Source: Candidatus Bilamarchaeum dharawalense (GTDB lineage Archaea; Micrarchaeota; Micrarchaeia; Anstonellales; Bilamarchaeaceae). Taken from it: a stretch of DNA of 64,000 nucleotides. Positions 55,104 through 62,765 of this stretch are shown here, one piece after another (positions within the stretch are counted from its first letter, which is position 1; each line of letters starts with the position of its first letter). A program made the position numbers and the translations under genes. The notes under the pieces were generated by a model, which saw only the letters and a program-made list of their open reading frames with translations, did no database searches and had not been told where the DNA came from. The stretch spans positions 5,381 to 69,380 of the forward strand of contig CABMJJ010000001.1 in assembly GCA_902386555.1 (NCBI GenBank), written 5' to 3'.

Positions 55104-56288
55104 GAACAACTTCAAAATGATTTAAAGGCAGAATTGGAAGACTTGGAACAGAAGAATCTATTGTGGAATCCAAAAACATTAGAAGGACCATCTTGTGCAA
55201 AAGCCAAAATTGCAGGCAAAGACGTGGTTATGCTTTGTTCGAACAATTATCTTGGTCTTTCAACCAATCGTTTGTTGAAAAAAGCAGCTGTGGAAGCAAT
55301 AAGAAAATACGGTGCCGGATCTGGCAGCGTTAGACCAATTGCAGGAAGCATGGATTTGCATTTAAAATTGGAAGAAACAATTGCACGATTCAAGCATACC
55401 GAAGACGCGTTATACTATAACTCGGGTTTTACTGCGAATAGTGGTGCCATACCAGCCTTACTACGAGAAGGAGACGTGGTCATTTCCGATTCCCTAAATC
55501 ACGGTTCAATAATAGATGGAGTTAGACTTACCAAAGCAGAGAGAATGATCTACCAGCACAGAGACATGGCAGAATTGGAGATGAGACTAAAAGAAGCTCA
55601 AGCCAAAAACCCAAAAAGAATCCTAATTATCACGGACGGTGTATTCTCCATGGATGGAGATATCGCACCCCTGGACCAAATAGTGAAACTGGCACAGCAG
55701 TACGGCGCCTGTACCTATGTTGATGACGCCCACGGCGACGGCGTGCTTGGTGAAAATGGCCGAGGGATTGTCAGCCACTTCAAACTAGAAGGCAAGGTGG
55801 ATATGGACATGGGAACTTTCTCAAAAGGATTTGGCACCATGGGTGGTTATATTGCAGGTAGCAAAACACTCAAAAAATACCTTTTGAACAAGTCTAGAAC
55901 CTGGCTATTAACTGGTTCTCACCCACCAGGAACAGTTGCAGCAAGCATCGCATCGCTTGAATTATTGGAAAAGAGTGATAAATTAGTGAAGAAACTTTGG
56001 AGAAACACTAAATTCTTTAAGAAAAGGCTCAAGGAACTTGGATTTGATACTGGTATTAGCGAAACTCCAATCACCCCAGTTATGACCTATGATGAGGGTA
56101 AAGCAGCAAAGATGAGCCAGCGACTCTGGGAAGAGAATGTTTACGCATTACCCATAGTTTTCCCAATGGTGGCAAAAGGAAAAGCCAGAATAAGAACCAT
56201 GATGTCTGCAGACCATTCCAAGGAAGATCTGGAGTTCGCAATAGATAAAATAACAAAGATCGGAAAGGAACTGGAACTGATCAAATGA
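55098..56288 (+). CDS. kbl: 2-amino-3-ketobutyrate CoA ligase (glycine C-acetyltransferase)
   Basis: NNYLGLS, DSLNHGSIIDG, DDAHGDGVLG, GTFSKGFG (PLP Lys). ATG 55098 is preceded by GAGGTG. An in-frame ATG at 55062 is the ORF-track alternative. Confidence 0.9.
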   Translation: MNEQLQNDLKAELEDLEQKNLLWNPKTLEGPSCAKAKIAGKDVVMLCSNNYLGLSTNRLLKKAAVEAIRKYGAGSGSVRPIAGSMDLHLKLEETIARFKHTEDALYYNSGFTANSGAIPALLREGDVVISDSLNHGSIIDGVRLTKAERMIYQHRDMAELEMRLKEAQAKNPKRILIITDGVFSMDGDIAPLDQIVKLAQQYGACTYVDDAHGDGVLGENGRGIVSHFKLEGKVDMDMGTFSKGFGTMGGYIAGSKTLKKYLLNKSRTWLLTGSHPPGTVAASIASLELLEKSDKLVKKLWRNTKFFKKRLKELGFDTGISETPITPVMTYDEGKAAKMSQRLWEENVYALPIVFPMVAKGKARIRTMMSADHSKEDLEFAIDKITKIGKELELIK

Positions 56289-56309
56289 AAAGAACCTACG
56301 GTTCTTTTC
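56287..56309. terminator. 23-nt palindromic hairpin (family member) at kbl stop
   Basis: GAAAAGAACC-TAC-GGTTCTTTTC, a 10-bp stem overlapping the TGA at 56286-88. Confidence 0.45.
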
Positions 56310-56349
56310 CAATCTCCCTTTTTATTTGAACGGTTCTTTTCCAATCTCC
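56300..56349. repeat. 18-nt exact direct repeat in the kbl/trx convergent spacer
   Basis: GGTTCTTTTCCAATCTCC occurs at 56300-56317 and 56332-56349. CCTTTTTATTTGAA also recurs at 56317-30 and 56401-14. Confidence 0.85.
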
Positions 56350-56446
56350 AATTGTTCGTCGCAACGAACAATGGACCACAGAAACATTGTTTCGGCCGGT
56401 CCTTTTTATTTGAATTTTTCTCTTTATGCCTCAGTGAAGGAGATTC

Positions 56447-56469
56447 AAAAAGGACCCACGGTCCTTTTT
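56447..56469. terminator. 23-nt palindromic hairpin (family member) at the 3' end of the minus-strand redoxin gene
   Basis: AAAAAGGACC-CAC-GGTCCTTTTT, a perfect 10-bp stem reaching into the stop codon (56468-70) of 56468..56848. Confidence 0.45.
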
Positions 56470-56848
56470 AATTTTGAGGATCAAGAGCGCATCCTGTTCT
56501 ATTACTTAATTCGTCTAAAAGAAGTGGGCCTTGGTATCTTTTTCCATCCTGGAATACCCAGGTTGGGTAGGATGAAACATTCGCATCAATGCAAACCTGA
56601 GTTCTGCCCTTGCCATCTGGTGTTGAGCATTCAACATAATTAACAAGATGCCAACTATCTCCAAGAAGTGCTTTTTGATCTGCACAATGGGTGCACCACC
56701 AAGCTCCGTACATCTTAACATTATTATCCGTCAAACATTTGGCAAAATTAGGATAGTGACCTTTAGGACCAGAGCTAAGTAGAATATATGCAACGATTAT
56801 TACAACAGCAAAAACACCTATAGTTATTGCTGATTGTGGGATTTTCAC
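56468..56848 (-). CDS. membrane-anchored thioredoxin-fold protein (resembles the Trx-like domain fused to bacterial VKOR homologs)
   Basis: N-terminal TM. VKMYGAWWCTHCADQKALLGDSW...NYVECS with a CTHC active site. Confidence 0.65.
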   Translation of the reverse strand: MKIPQSAITIGVFAVVIIVAYILLSSGPKGHYPNFAKCLTDNNVKMYGAWWCTHCADQKALLGDSWHLVNYVECSTPDGKGRTQVCIDANVSSYPTWVFQDGKRYQGPLLLDELSNRTGCALDPQN

Positions 56849-56888
56849 GTTCAGCTATTAGTTAGTGAGATTTAAATATATTTCACAT

Positions 56889-57635
56889 TTATCTCATGAA
56901 ATTCCAGTCCTTACTAACATAGCGAACTTGTGCCAGTTCCTTAGCTCGAATTACTTCAGTATCCGTTAGTTTACCGGATTCAAAATCTTTGTTTTTGGTA
57001 AACCCATCAAACAGTGCCTTGTAAAGTTCGTCCTTGCTAACCGGTCTCTGTGCAGTGACTGAGGTTACCCGTTCCTTTACATTGGCAATAAGTTTATCTT
57101 TGATTTTTTCATCTGGAACATTGAGAAGTGAAAACATCCGATCAACATCAACAGAGTAGAGAATTGTTCCGTGTTGAAGAAGAACGCCATTGCGCCGTGT
57201 CTGAGCATTTCCAGATATCTTTTTCCCATTGGAGATAAGATCATTTATGGGTTTGAATTCTGCTTTGATATCAAGAAGTGCCAGGGAATCGATAATCCAA
57301 CTGCAGATAACTTTGTAGGAATCAACAATACCTTCTGGGAAAAGATTGACTTTCCCGGTTACACTGTAGGTAATTTCACCAACCTGGTCATGGTAGACTG
57401 CACCACCACCAGTCCTTCGGCGAACAACATTCACACCTGCAGCCTCACAATTGGCCAAATTAACTTCATCTCTTATTGCTTGAAAATAACCAATGGAAAT
57501 TGCGCTTGGTTTCCATCCATAAAACCTAATTGTTGGAGAACCACCACCGGAAACCGACTCGCCAATGGCCTCATCAATTGCCATGTTGGTAAAGGCATCA
57601 AACTCCTGATAGGATAAAACCCGCCATTTTGTCAT
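56889..57635 (-). CDS. lplA: lipoate-protein ligase A, catalytic (N-terminal) domain protein
   Basis: FTNMAIDEAI, PTIRFYGWKPSAISIGYFQ, RRRTGGGAVYHD, GKKISGNAQ. Confidence 0.88.
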   Translation of the reverse strand: MTKWRVLSYQEFDAFTNMAIDEAIGESVSGGGSPTIRFYGWKPSAISIGYFQAIRDEVNLANCEAAGVNVVRRRTGGGAVYHDQVGEITYSVTGKVNLFPEGIVDSYKVICSWIIDSLALLDIKAEFKPINDLISNGKKISGNAQTRRNGVLLQHGTILYSVDVDRMFSLLNVPDEKIKDKLIANVKERVTSVTAQRPVSKDELYKALFDGFTKNKDFESGKLTDTEVIRAKELAQVRYVSKDWNFMR

Positions 57636-57676
57636 AAAACCACAACAAACTTAAATTTAGATTGATAAATTCATAT

Positions 57677-58030
57677 ATGAAGAGGATTATAGTTTTACTG
57701 GTTCTTGGAATTATTCTATTGGGTTGTACTCAGACAGCCCCACCATCTTCCAACGGTGCACAGAATAATGTTACGGGTGGAACATCCCATACCGTACACA
57801 TAAAGAATTTTGCGTTTTCACCAACCAAAACAACGGTGAATAGGGGCGATATAATAACTTGGATCAACGAGGATACTGTACCCCATCGAATAGGCGGACC
57901 TGGTTTTTTATCACCAATCCTAGAACCTGGGGATAGCTACCAGCATATGGTCAGTGAAAGCCCCGGAGAATATGAAATTTCTTGTACAATTCACCCTTCC
58001 ATGGGAAGTACGATGGACGTTATAAAGTAG
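57677..58030 (+). CDS. cupredoxin (plastocyanin/amicyanin-like blue copper protein), lipoprotein-like signal
   Basis: LLGCTQ lipobox-like. HTVHIKNFAFSP...WINEDTVPHRI...CTIHPSMGSTM (His / Cys-x2-His-x4-Met copper ligands). Confidence 0.8.
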   Translation: MKRIIVLLVLGIILLGCTQTAPPSSNGAQNNVTGGTSHTVHIKNFAFSPTKTTVNRGDIITWINEDTVPHRIGGPGFLSPILEPGDSYQHMVSESPGEYEISCTIHPSMGSTMDVIK

Positions 58031-58292
58031 CTTTACGGAAGATTCTGATTAGATCATCTACAGAAACACCGATCAACTCGGCATTTTTTATTGCTTGTTT
58101 GATGCGATCTGATAACTCAGAATCAGATAGGGAAGGCGAAACTCCAACAAATGCAGCTTCAAGAGCAGTAATCTGTTCCTCAGGATAAAGAAAAAAATCA
58201 CCGGTAATCTTCATGGACACTACTTTCCCAGCTGAAACGATAACATCTACAGCAACTAGTTTACCATTTGGAATTTTTTCCAGACATCGCAT
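58020..58292 (-). CDS. lplB: lipoate-protein ligase accessory (C-terminal) domain protein
   Basis: 90 aa. KLVAVDVIVSAGKVVSMKITGDFFLYPEE resembles the LplA C-terminal domain, which is encoded separately in some archaea. Confidence 0.65.
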   Translation of the reverse strand: MRCLEKIPNGKLVAVDVIVSAGKVVSMKITGDFFLYPEEQITALEAAFVGVSPSLSDSELSDRIKQAIKNAELIGVSVDDLIRIFRKATL

Positions 58293-58316
58293 GACAGGAA
58301 TATGGAACGAAAGATT

Positions 58317-59501
58317 TTAGTTAGATCTTTTGATGAATGCTCGTGCAAAAACAACAAAAAGAAGGGTGGCAACAGCTAATATGACAAAAAGTGGTTGGTA
58401 GCCAAACTGATCAATAACAAAACCACTTGTTGAGAGAAACAAAACTTCGATTATTTTAAGAGGAATATTAAGAACACCAATATCAGTGGATACGTTCTTA
58501 CTTCGGTATATTTGATCAAGAAGGATATACTCGTACAGGATTCCGCTACACCCAGTGCCAATGGCAGAGATAACCACCGGGATGACGATAAGACTTCCGA
58601 AGAATGGGAATGTGAATAGAGCAGGGATACTGAGAATAGTGAAAAAAAGCAGTATGTTTACGTTTATTTTCCATCGCATAAAAAGCAAAACTGCTGCTGC
58701 ATCAACAAAAGAAAAAATAGCAACAAGACTGCCAACCTGGCCATAATCAAGACCCAGACCTGCTTTGGCATAGATTGGAATGAGAAATGCAAGTAGCATG
58801 TTTGCAGGTAAACTAGCCAACCCCAGAAGCAGAGACGCTTGCCAAAAAGTCGCCGGGTGGGGTTTGAAGATTTTTTTGAGTACATCTTGATGATAGTTAA
58901 CTGATTCGAGTGGTTTTTTTGTTTCGTGCTTTGATCCCATGGTAAGGTATAATAGGATTAATGAAAGAGCACCAAGAAATAGGAACGAGTTTTGAAATGC
59001 GAGAAATACCAGCACAAACCCTATGAATAATCTACCAAATGCATCAGCAAGTTGGCGTACACCTGATAGGAATGCTAACATTGCCTTGGGGTTTTCGGAT
59101 TCGTAGATTATTTCAGTACGTATGATGGCCCAGAATGCAGAGGCACGGATACTTTCTCCAAAAATGGCCAGGGCAATGGCTAGGATGGAATTGGAAACTA
59201 CATAGAGTGCAATGGAAAGAAGATTTATTATAGAATAGGAGATTCCGATTACTTTGGTACCTAATTCATCAGCTAAACTAGCAAAATTAATACGAAGAAT
59301 CATGAAGGTAAGTGGTGCGATTGCCAGAAGAAGCCCGATTTGAGCAAGATCAACCTGCTGGTCTATTAGGTAAAGGGGGACCAGGACAGCTAGTGCTGCA
59401 GAGATAAAAGAATAAAGTGCATTAACAATGACTACTCGCCTAAGACCAGCATTTCTTCTTATGGCATGAAATGGACTCATATAAACCTCTGCATGGGACA
59501 A
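58317..59501 (-). CDS. MFS transporter
   Basis: 394 aa, about 12 TM segments, loop motif ASLADELGTK between TM2 and TM3. Confidence 0.75.
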   Translation of the reverse strand: MSHAEVYMSPFHAIRRNAGLRRVVIVNALYSFISAALAVLVPLYLIDQQVDLAQIGLLLAIAPLTFMILRINFASLADELGTKVIGISYSIINLLSIALYVVSNSILAIALAIFGESIRASAFWAIIRTEIIYESENPKAMLAFLSGVRQLADAFGRLFIGFVLVFLAFQNSFLFLGALSLILLYLTMGSKHETKKPLESVNYHQDVLKKIFKPHPATFWQASLLLGLASLPANMLLAFLIPIYAKAGLGLDYGQVGSLVAIFSFVDAAAVLLFMRWKINVNILLFFTILSIPALFTFPFFGSLIVIPVVISAIGTGCSGILYEYILLDQIYRSKNVSTDIGVLNIPLKIIEVLFLSTSGFVIDQFGYQPLFVILAVATLLFVVFARAFIKRSN

Positions 59502-59548
59502 TAGGATAGGTACTTTGGAATTAAAAAGTTTGTCTCACAAAAAAAATT

Positions 59549-60280
59549 GTGGAAATTAACGGTAAAACTTTTTCAGTAGAACATGTTTTGAGTAAAAACA
59601 AGAATGCCACTGCCAGACTTAGAGATAATACCATAATAGTTAGTCTACCGGCAAGATGGCCTAGTTCTGAGAGAGAAAAGATAGGTGCAAATCTACTACA
59701 ACGGGCAATTAGATCCATTGAAAAGGGACGATGGAACGTGGATGCAGGTAAAAAGATAGAATTCAAACATGGGCAAATTTTAGTTGTTCTTGGTAAGGAA
59801 TTTGAAATTAACTTGGTTGAATCAAAGAGATTTGGCATTATGATTGTTGGTAGGAAGGTCGAGGTAAGGATTGTAGAACATCCGGACAAAAACGAAAAAA
59901 TAGCAAGATTAATTAGAAAAAAAATTAGTGAGATTATAATGCCTGAACTTACTCAAAGAATATCAGAAATTAATCAAAAACATTTCCACTCGAATATTTC
60001 AAAGATAGTGATACGCGACGCGGTAAGTAGATGGGGAAGTTGTTCCACTCGAGGAGTGATTAGTCTTAATTTTAGACTTCTACTGATGCCCCAGGATATT
60101 CTTGATTATGTGATTGTTCATGAACTTGCTCATACCAAGTATAGAAGCCACGGTCCAAGATTCTGGGGGCTTGTTGAAAGTGTAATGCCAAATCACAGAG
60201 AAAAAAGAACCTGGTTAAGGAAGAATGGATGGACAGTAAACACCCTGACCAGCACTGAGTTATTTGAAGAGCCTTACTGA
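59549..60280 (+). CDS. YgjP-like (DUF45/M48-related) metal-dependent hydrolase
   Basis: RWGSCSTRGVISLNFRLL and VIVHELAHTKYRSHGPRFW (HExxH). GTG start. Confidence 0.75.
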   Translation: MEINGKTFSVEHVLSKNKNATARLRDNTIIVSLPARWPSSEREKIGANLLQRAIRSIEKGRWNVDAGKKIEFKHGQILVVLGKEFEINLVESKRFGIMIVGRKVEVRIVEHPDKNEKIARLIRKKISEIIMPELTQRISEINQKHFHSNISKIVIRDAVSRWGSCSTRGVISLNFRLLLMPQDILDYVIVHELAHTKYRSHGPRFWGLVESVMPNHREKRTWLRKNGWTVNTLTSTELFEEPY

Positions 60281-60694
60281 TCATTCCCCAATCACTTTAA
60301 CTAAAACTCTTTTTTGCCTTTGGCCATCAAATTCAAAATAGAAAATCTGTTCCCAGGGTCCAAGATCAAGTTTTCCATTGGTAATTGGCATGACAACCTG
60401 GTGGCCAAGTAACTGACGCCAAATGTGTGCCGCGGCATTATCTTCTCCAGTGTCGTTATGACGATAATCAGACTGATAGGGCACTAATTTTTCTAAAACT
60501 TTTAGATAATCATCATGTAACCCAGATTCGTTGTCATTAACAATAACTGCAGCAGTGATGTGCATTGGGTTTACTAAAACCAGGCCGTCCTTAACTCCAC
60601 TATCGCTTATAACCCGGCTGACCTGATCAGTTATCCTAATAATTTCAATTTTTTTGTTGGTATTAAAACTCAAATAGGCTGTTTTTGTTTTCAT
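60281..60694 (-). CDS. yjbQ: YjbQ/UPF0047 family protein (secondary thiamine-phosphate synthase-like)
   Basis: [19 protein letters not shown]...[14 protein letters not shown]...[16 protein letters not shown]. Confidence 0.85.
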   Translation of the reverse strand: MKTKTAYLSFNTNKKIEIIRITDQVSRVISDSGVKDGLVLVNPMHITAAVIVNDNESGLHDDYLKVLEKLVPYQSDYRHNDTGEDNAAAHIWRQLLGHQVVMPITNGKLDLGPWEQIFYFEFDGQRQKRVLVKVIGE

Positions 60695-60867
60695 AGATTA
60701 GTTAGGATAGATGAAATTTTTTAAATAATTACACCCGTCAGGATGGATATTTTGTAAAGGAATGTTGGTAATTTTCTGTGCTTTCACCTATTTATTGATA
60801 AGAATTTATGTTAATTAAAACATTATTTTTTGCAAAAAATATAAATATCCAATTATTAGTGTTTTCC

Positions 60868-61005
60868 TTGGGGATGGAATGAGCAAGCTTGGCGGGATGA
60901 ATTTGGACGTAAATGTCCCCACACCTTCTCGCCATGCCGTTGTTGTAAAGCAACAAGGGCAGTCAGGAAGCAACGCTTCCTGACCTGCTTTCTTATCCTC
61001 TCCAT
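60868..61005. ncRNA. candidate structured RNA or structured 5' leader (family unknown)
   Basis: 63/120 G+C by hand count in 60871-60990 versus the AT-rich flank. Three consecutive hairpins: 60905-08/60915-18, 60936-60960, and a perfect 10-bp stem at 60962-71/60975-84. No ORF of 60 aa or more. Confidence 0.35.
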
Positions 61006-61014
61006 GTGATCCAT

Positions 61015-61254
61015 ATGAGGGGCCAACTTTCTGCGGAGATGCTTATTTTGATTGTGGTGGTTTTGGCAGTTGTTGCAATTGCTGCAAATCAGCTTATGGG
61101 TTCAGCAAAGGAAACCAGTAAAAACATACAAAATCAATCAGATCGAATTAATCTTATGACAGCAGAAGCGATCAAATCTGCAGAAGGAGAGTATTGTATG
61201 TACGATGAAGACTGCCGCGAAGGATTAAGCTGTCAGGAATATAGATGTGCTTGA
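61015..61254 (+). CDS. class III signal peptide (archaeal type IV pilin-like, QxSxE/DUF361-type) protein with Cys-rich C-terminus
   Basis: From ATG 61015: MRGQLSAEMLILIVVVLAVVAIA (basic-G-Q-x-S-x-E then a hydrophobic helix). C-terminal EGEYCMYDEDCREGLSCQEYRCA. Confidence 0.7.
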   Translation: MRGQLSAEMLILIVVVLAVVAIAANQLMGSAKETSKNIQNQSDRINLMTAEAIKSAEGEYCMYDEDCREGLSCQEYRCA

Positions 61255-61257
61255 ATG

Positions 61258-61475
61258 CATGGGAAGTGTTCGCTCCTAGTATTCGGGTGAGGCAGGATTT
61301 GTTGCCTATTATAGCAGCAAATCAACACCTCAATGGCAGCTACCCAACTGCACACATGCGGTTTTCGGAGCGAGCCCTAACATGGGAATATGCTCCCAGA
61401 CAAAACCGTTGCCACGTGCGACATTTGTCGCCACCACACCCGAAGCACCAGGCGCATTATTACATACTCTTCCGT
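61258..61475. ncRNA. candidate structured RNA (family unknown)
   Basis: 94/180 G+C by hand count in 61261-61440 versus 15/60 in 61501-61560. Long-range helices at 61269-76/61367-74, 61282-89/61437-44 and 61359-65/61402-08, plus three local hairpins. The only ORF here encodes an atypical Arg/His/Pro-rich peptide. Confidence 0.4.
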
Positions 61476-61547
61476 TATTTATAAACATTCACCAAAAATA
61501 TTTGACAGTTGTCTAATTTTTTTAATGTTCCCATTGAATTATGATTA

Positions 61548-62528
61548 ATGATCATAGAGATAGTGCTCGCAATAGTTGGTTTATACCTTATACTAAAAGG
61601 TTCGGAATGGGTTACCGATGCTTCAATACCCCTTGCCAGGCACCTTAATACCACCTATGTGGCAGTTGGTCTTGTTCTTGTTTCAGTATTACTAAGCCTA
61701 CCTGAACTATTGGTCTCCCTGTCAGCTACTTTTAGGGGGTATAATGGGATAGGTGTCGGTGTAATCCTTGGGTCAATAATTGTAAATATTGGTTTGATAA
61801 TTGGGATATCGGCCATAATCCACCCATTGAAAATTCCAAGACATGTTATTACCAGAGACGCCGTGTTTATGGTTATTGCAACCATTGTGGTTTCCCTGCT
61901 TGCATTGGGAGATATGCAGGTTAGCAGAAGAGACGGGATAATACTTCTTTTACTCTACATACCCTATCTGATAAATATTTATGAACAAGAAAAAGAACTG
62001 GCAATCACAGAAAGAAGAAAAGAATCTGATAGGATAGCAAGAACTTTGCAGTTCATTGGAAAAGTAGGTGGAGCGGAAATAGTTGTCCATAACCCGATAT
62101 GGATTTTTATTGGCGGAATGCTAATGTTGTTAGTTGGTTCGGAACTATTCACAAATGTACTCATAATGTTAGCTAATAATTTTGCAATTCCTGAACTTTT
62201 GATAGGACTGACCCTTGGTGCATTGGGTCCCAGTATTCCAAATCTTGCAGCTGCTCTTCAGGCAGTGAAAAGGGAATATGATGAATTGGCAGTATCAGAA
62301 ACAATAGGTTCGAACATCTTCACGCTTATGATTACGCTGGGCATAGTTGCAATTGCAAATCCACTTACCATTGACAATACGACTGCCATAGTTACTGCAC
62401 CAGCATTGCTAATAGTTACCCTGGTATTTTTTGGATTTGTATTAACTGGCAGAGTTTCAAGAAGAGCAGGTTTGGTACTTTTTATCCTTTATATTCTGAC
62501 AATTGTAGCAGAAATAATGTTTAGATAA
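61548..62528 (+). CDS. Ca2+/cation antiporter (CaCA, YrbG-like sodium/calcium exchanger membrane protein)
   Basis: Two alpha-repeat regions (LPELLVSLSA...; ETIGSNIFTL), about 10 TM segments. Confidence 0.8.
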   Translation: MIIEIVLAIVGLYLILKGSEWVTDASIPLARHLNTTYVAVGLVLVSVLLSLPELLVSLSATFRGYNGIGVGVILGSIIVNIGLIIGISAIIHPLKIPRHVITRDAVFMVIATIVVSLLALGDMQVSRRDGIILLLLYIPYLINIYEQEKELAITERRKESDRIARTLQFIGKVGGAEIVVHNPIWIFIGGMLMLLVGSELFTNVLIMLANNFAIPELLIGLTLGALGPSIPNLAAALQAVKREYDELAVSETIGSNIFTLMITLGIVAIANPLTIDNTTAIVTAPALLIVTLVFFGFVLTGRVSRRAGLVLFILYILTIVAEIMFR

Positions 62529-62536
62529 GAAAAATT

Positions 62537-62656
62537 AGCCGGGTAGAGGAATTGAACCCCTCTACGCCGCTTTATGCTAGATCATTGATTCTGTACAAAA
62601 CAAAATCTCAGAAAAGCGAACTGCAGGCGGCTGCATAGCCGATCTGCCAACCCGGC
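62537..62656 (-). tRNA. tRNA-Cys (anticodon GCA) with 49-nt intron at 37/38
   Basis: Minus strand: acceptor GCCGGGT/ACCCGGC with U73 discriminator. D-arm GCAG-ATCGGCT-ATGC. Anticodon stem GCCGC/GCGGC. Loop CT-GCA-G | intron (62572-62620) | A. T-arm AGGGG-TTCAATT-CCTCT. Confidence 0.75.
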
Positions 62657-62765
62657 ATAGTGCTGGGTGTTTTGAACAGATAACTGGTCAAATTCAACCC
62701 GGCATAGGGATTAACATAAGAATCAATGTTTTTAAAAGGAATGGAGACAATTTACCTTACATTCA

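Noticed and set aside
60900-60960. Strings CCACACC ... CCATGCCG ... GTAAAGC that resemble the loop C / helix III region of 5S rRNA
   Set aside because: GTAAAGC lies in the loop of a local hairpin rather than in loop B. I could find no helix I closing the ends and no loop E / helix IV-V region. The resemblance is probably coincidental, so I left it as an unknown structured element.
61258-61475. Possible miniaturised RNase P RNA (8-bp helix 61282-89/61437-44 as P4; AGACAAAAC as CR-IV-like) or SRP RNA
   Set aside because: The conserved CR-I (GNAANNUCNGNG-type) and CR-V (ACANAA...CUUA-type) patterns are not satisfied. No GNAR-capped helix 8 with an opposing AGCA is present. No family is assigned.
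61245-61484. 79-aa ORF in the ORF track
   Set aside because: It is Arg/His/Pro-rich with one Lys, overlaps the pilin-like gene stop, and sits in a GC-rich helix-dense segment. Its composition is unlike all confident proteins here, so I treat it as non-coding.
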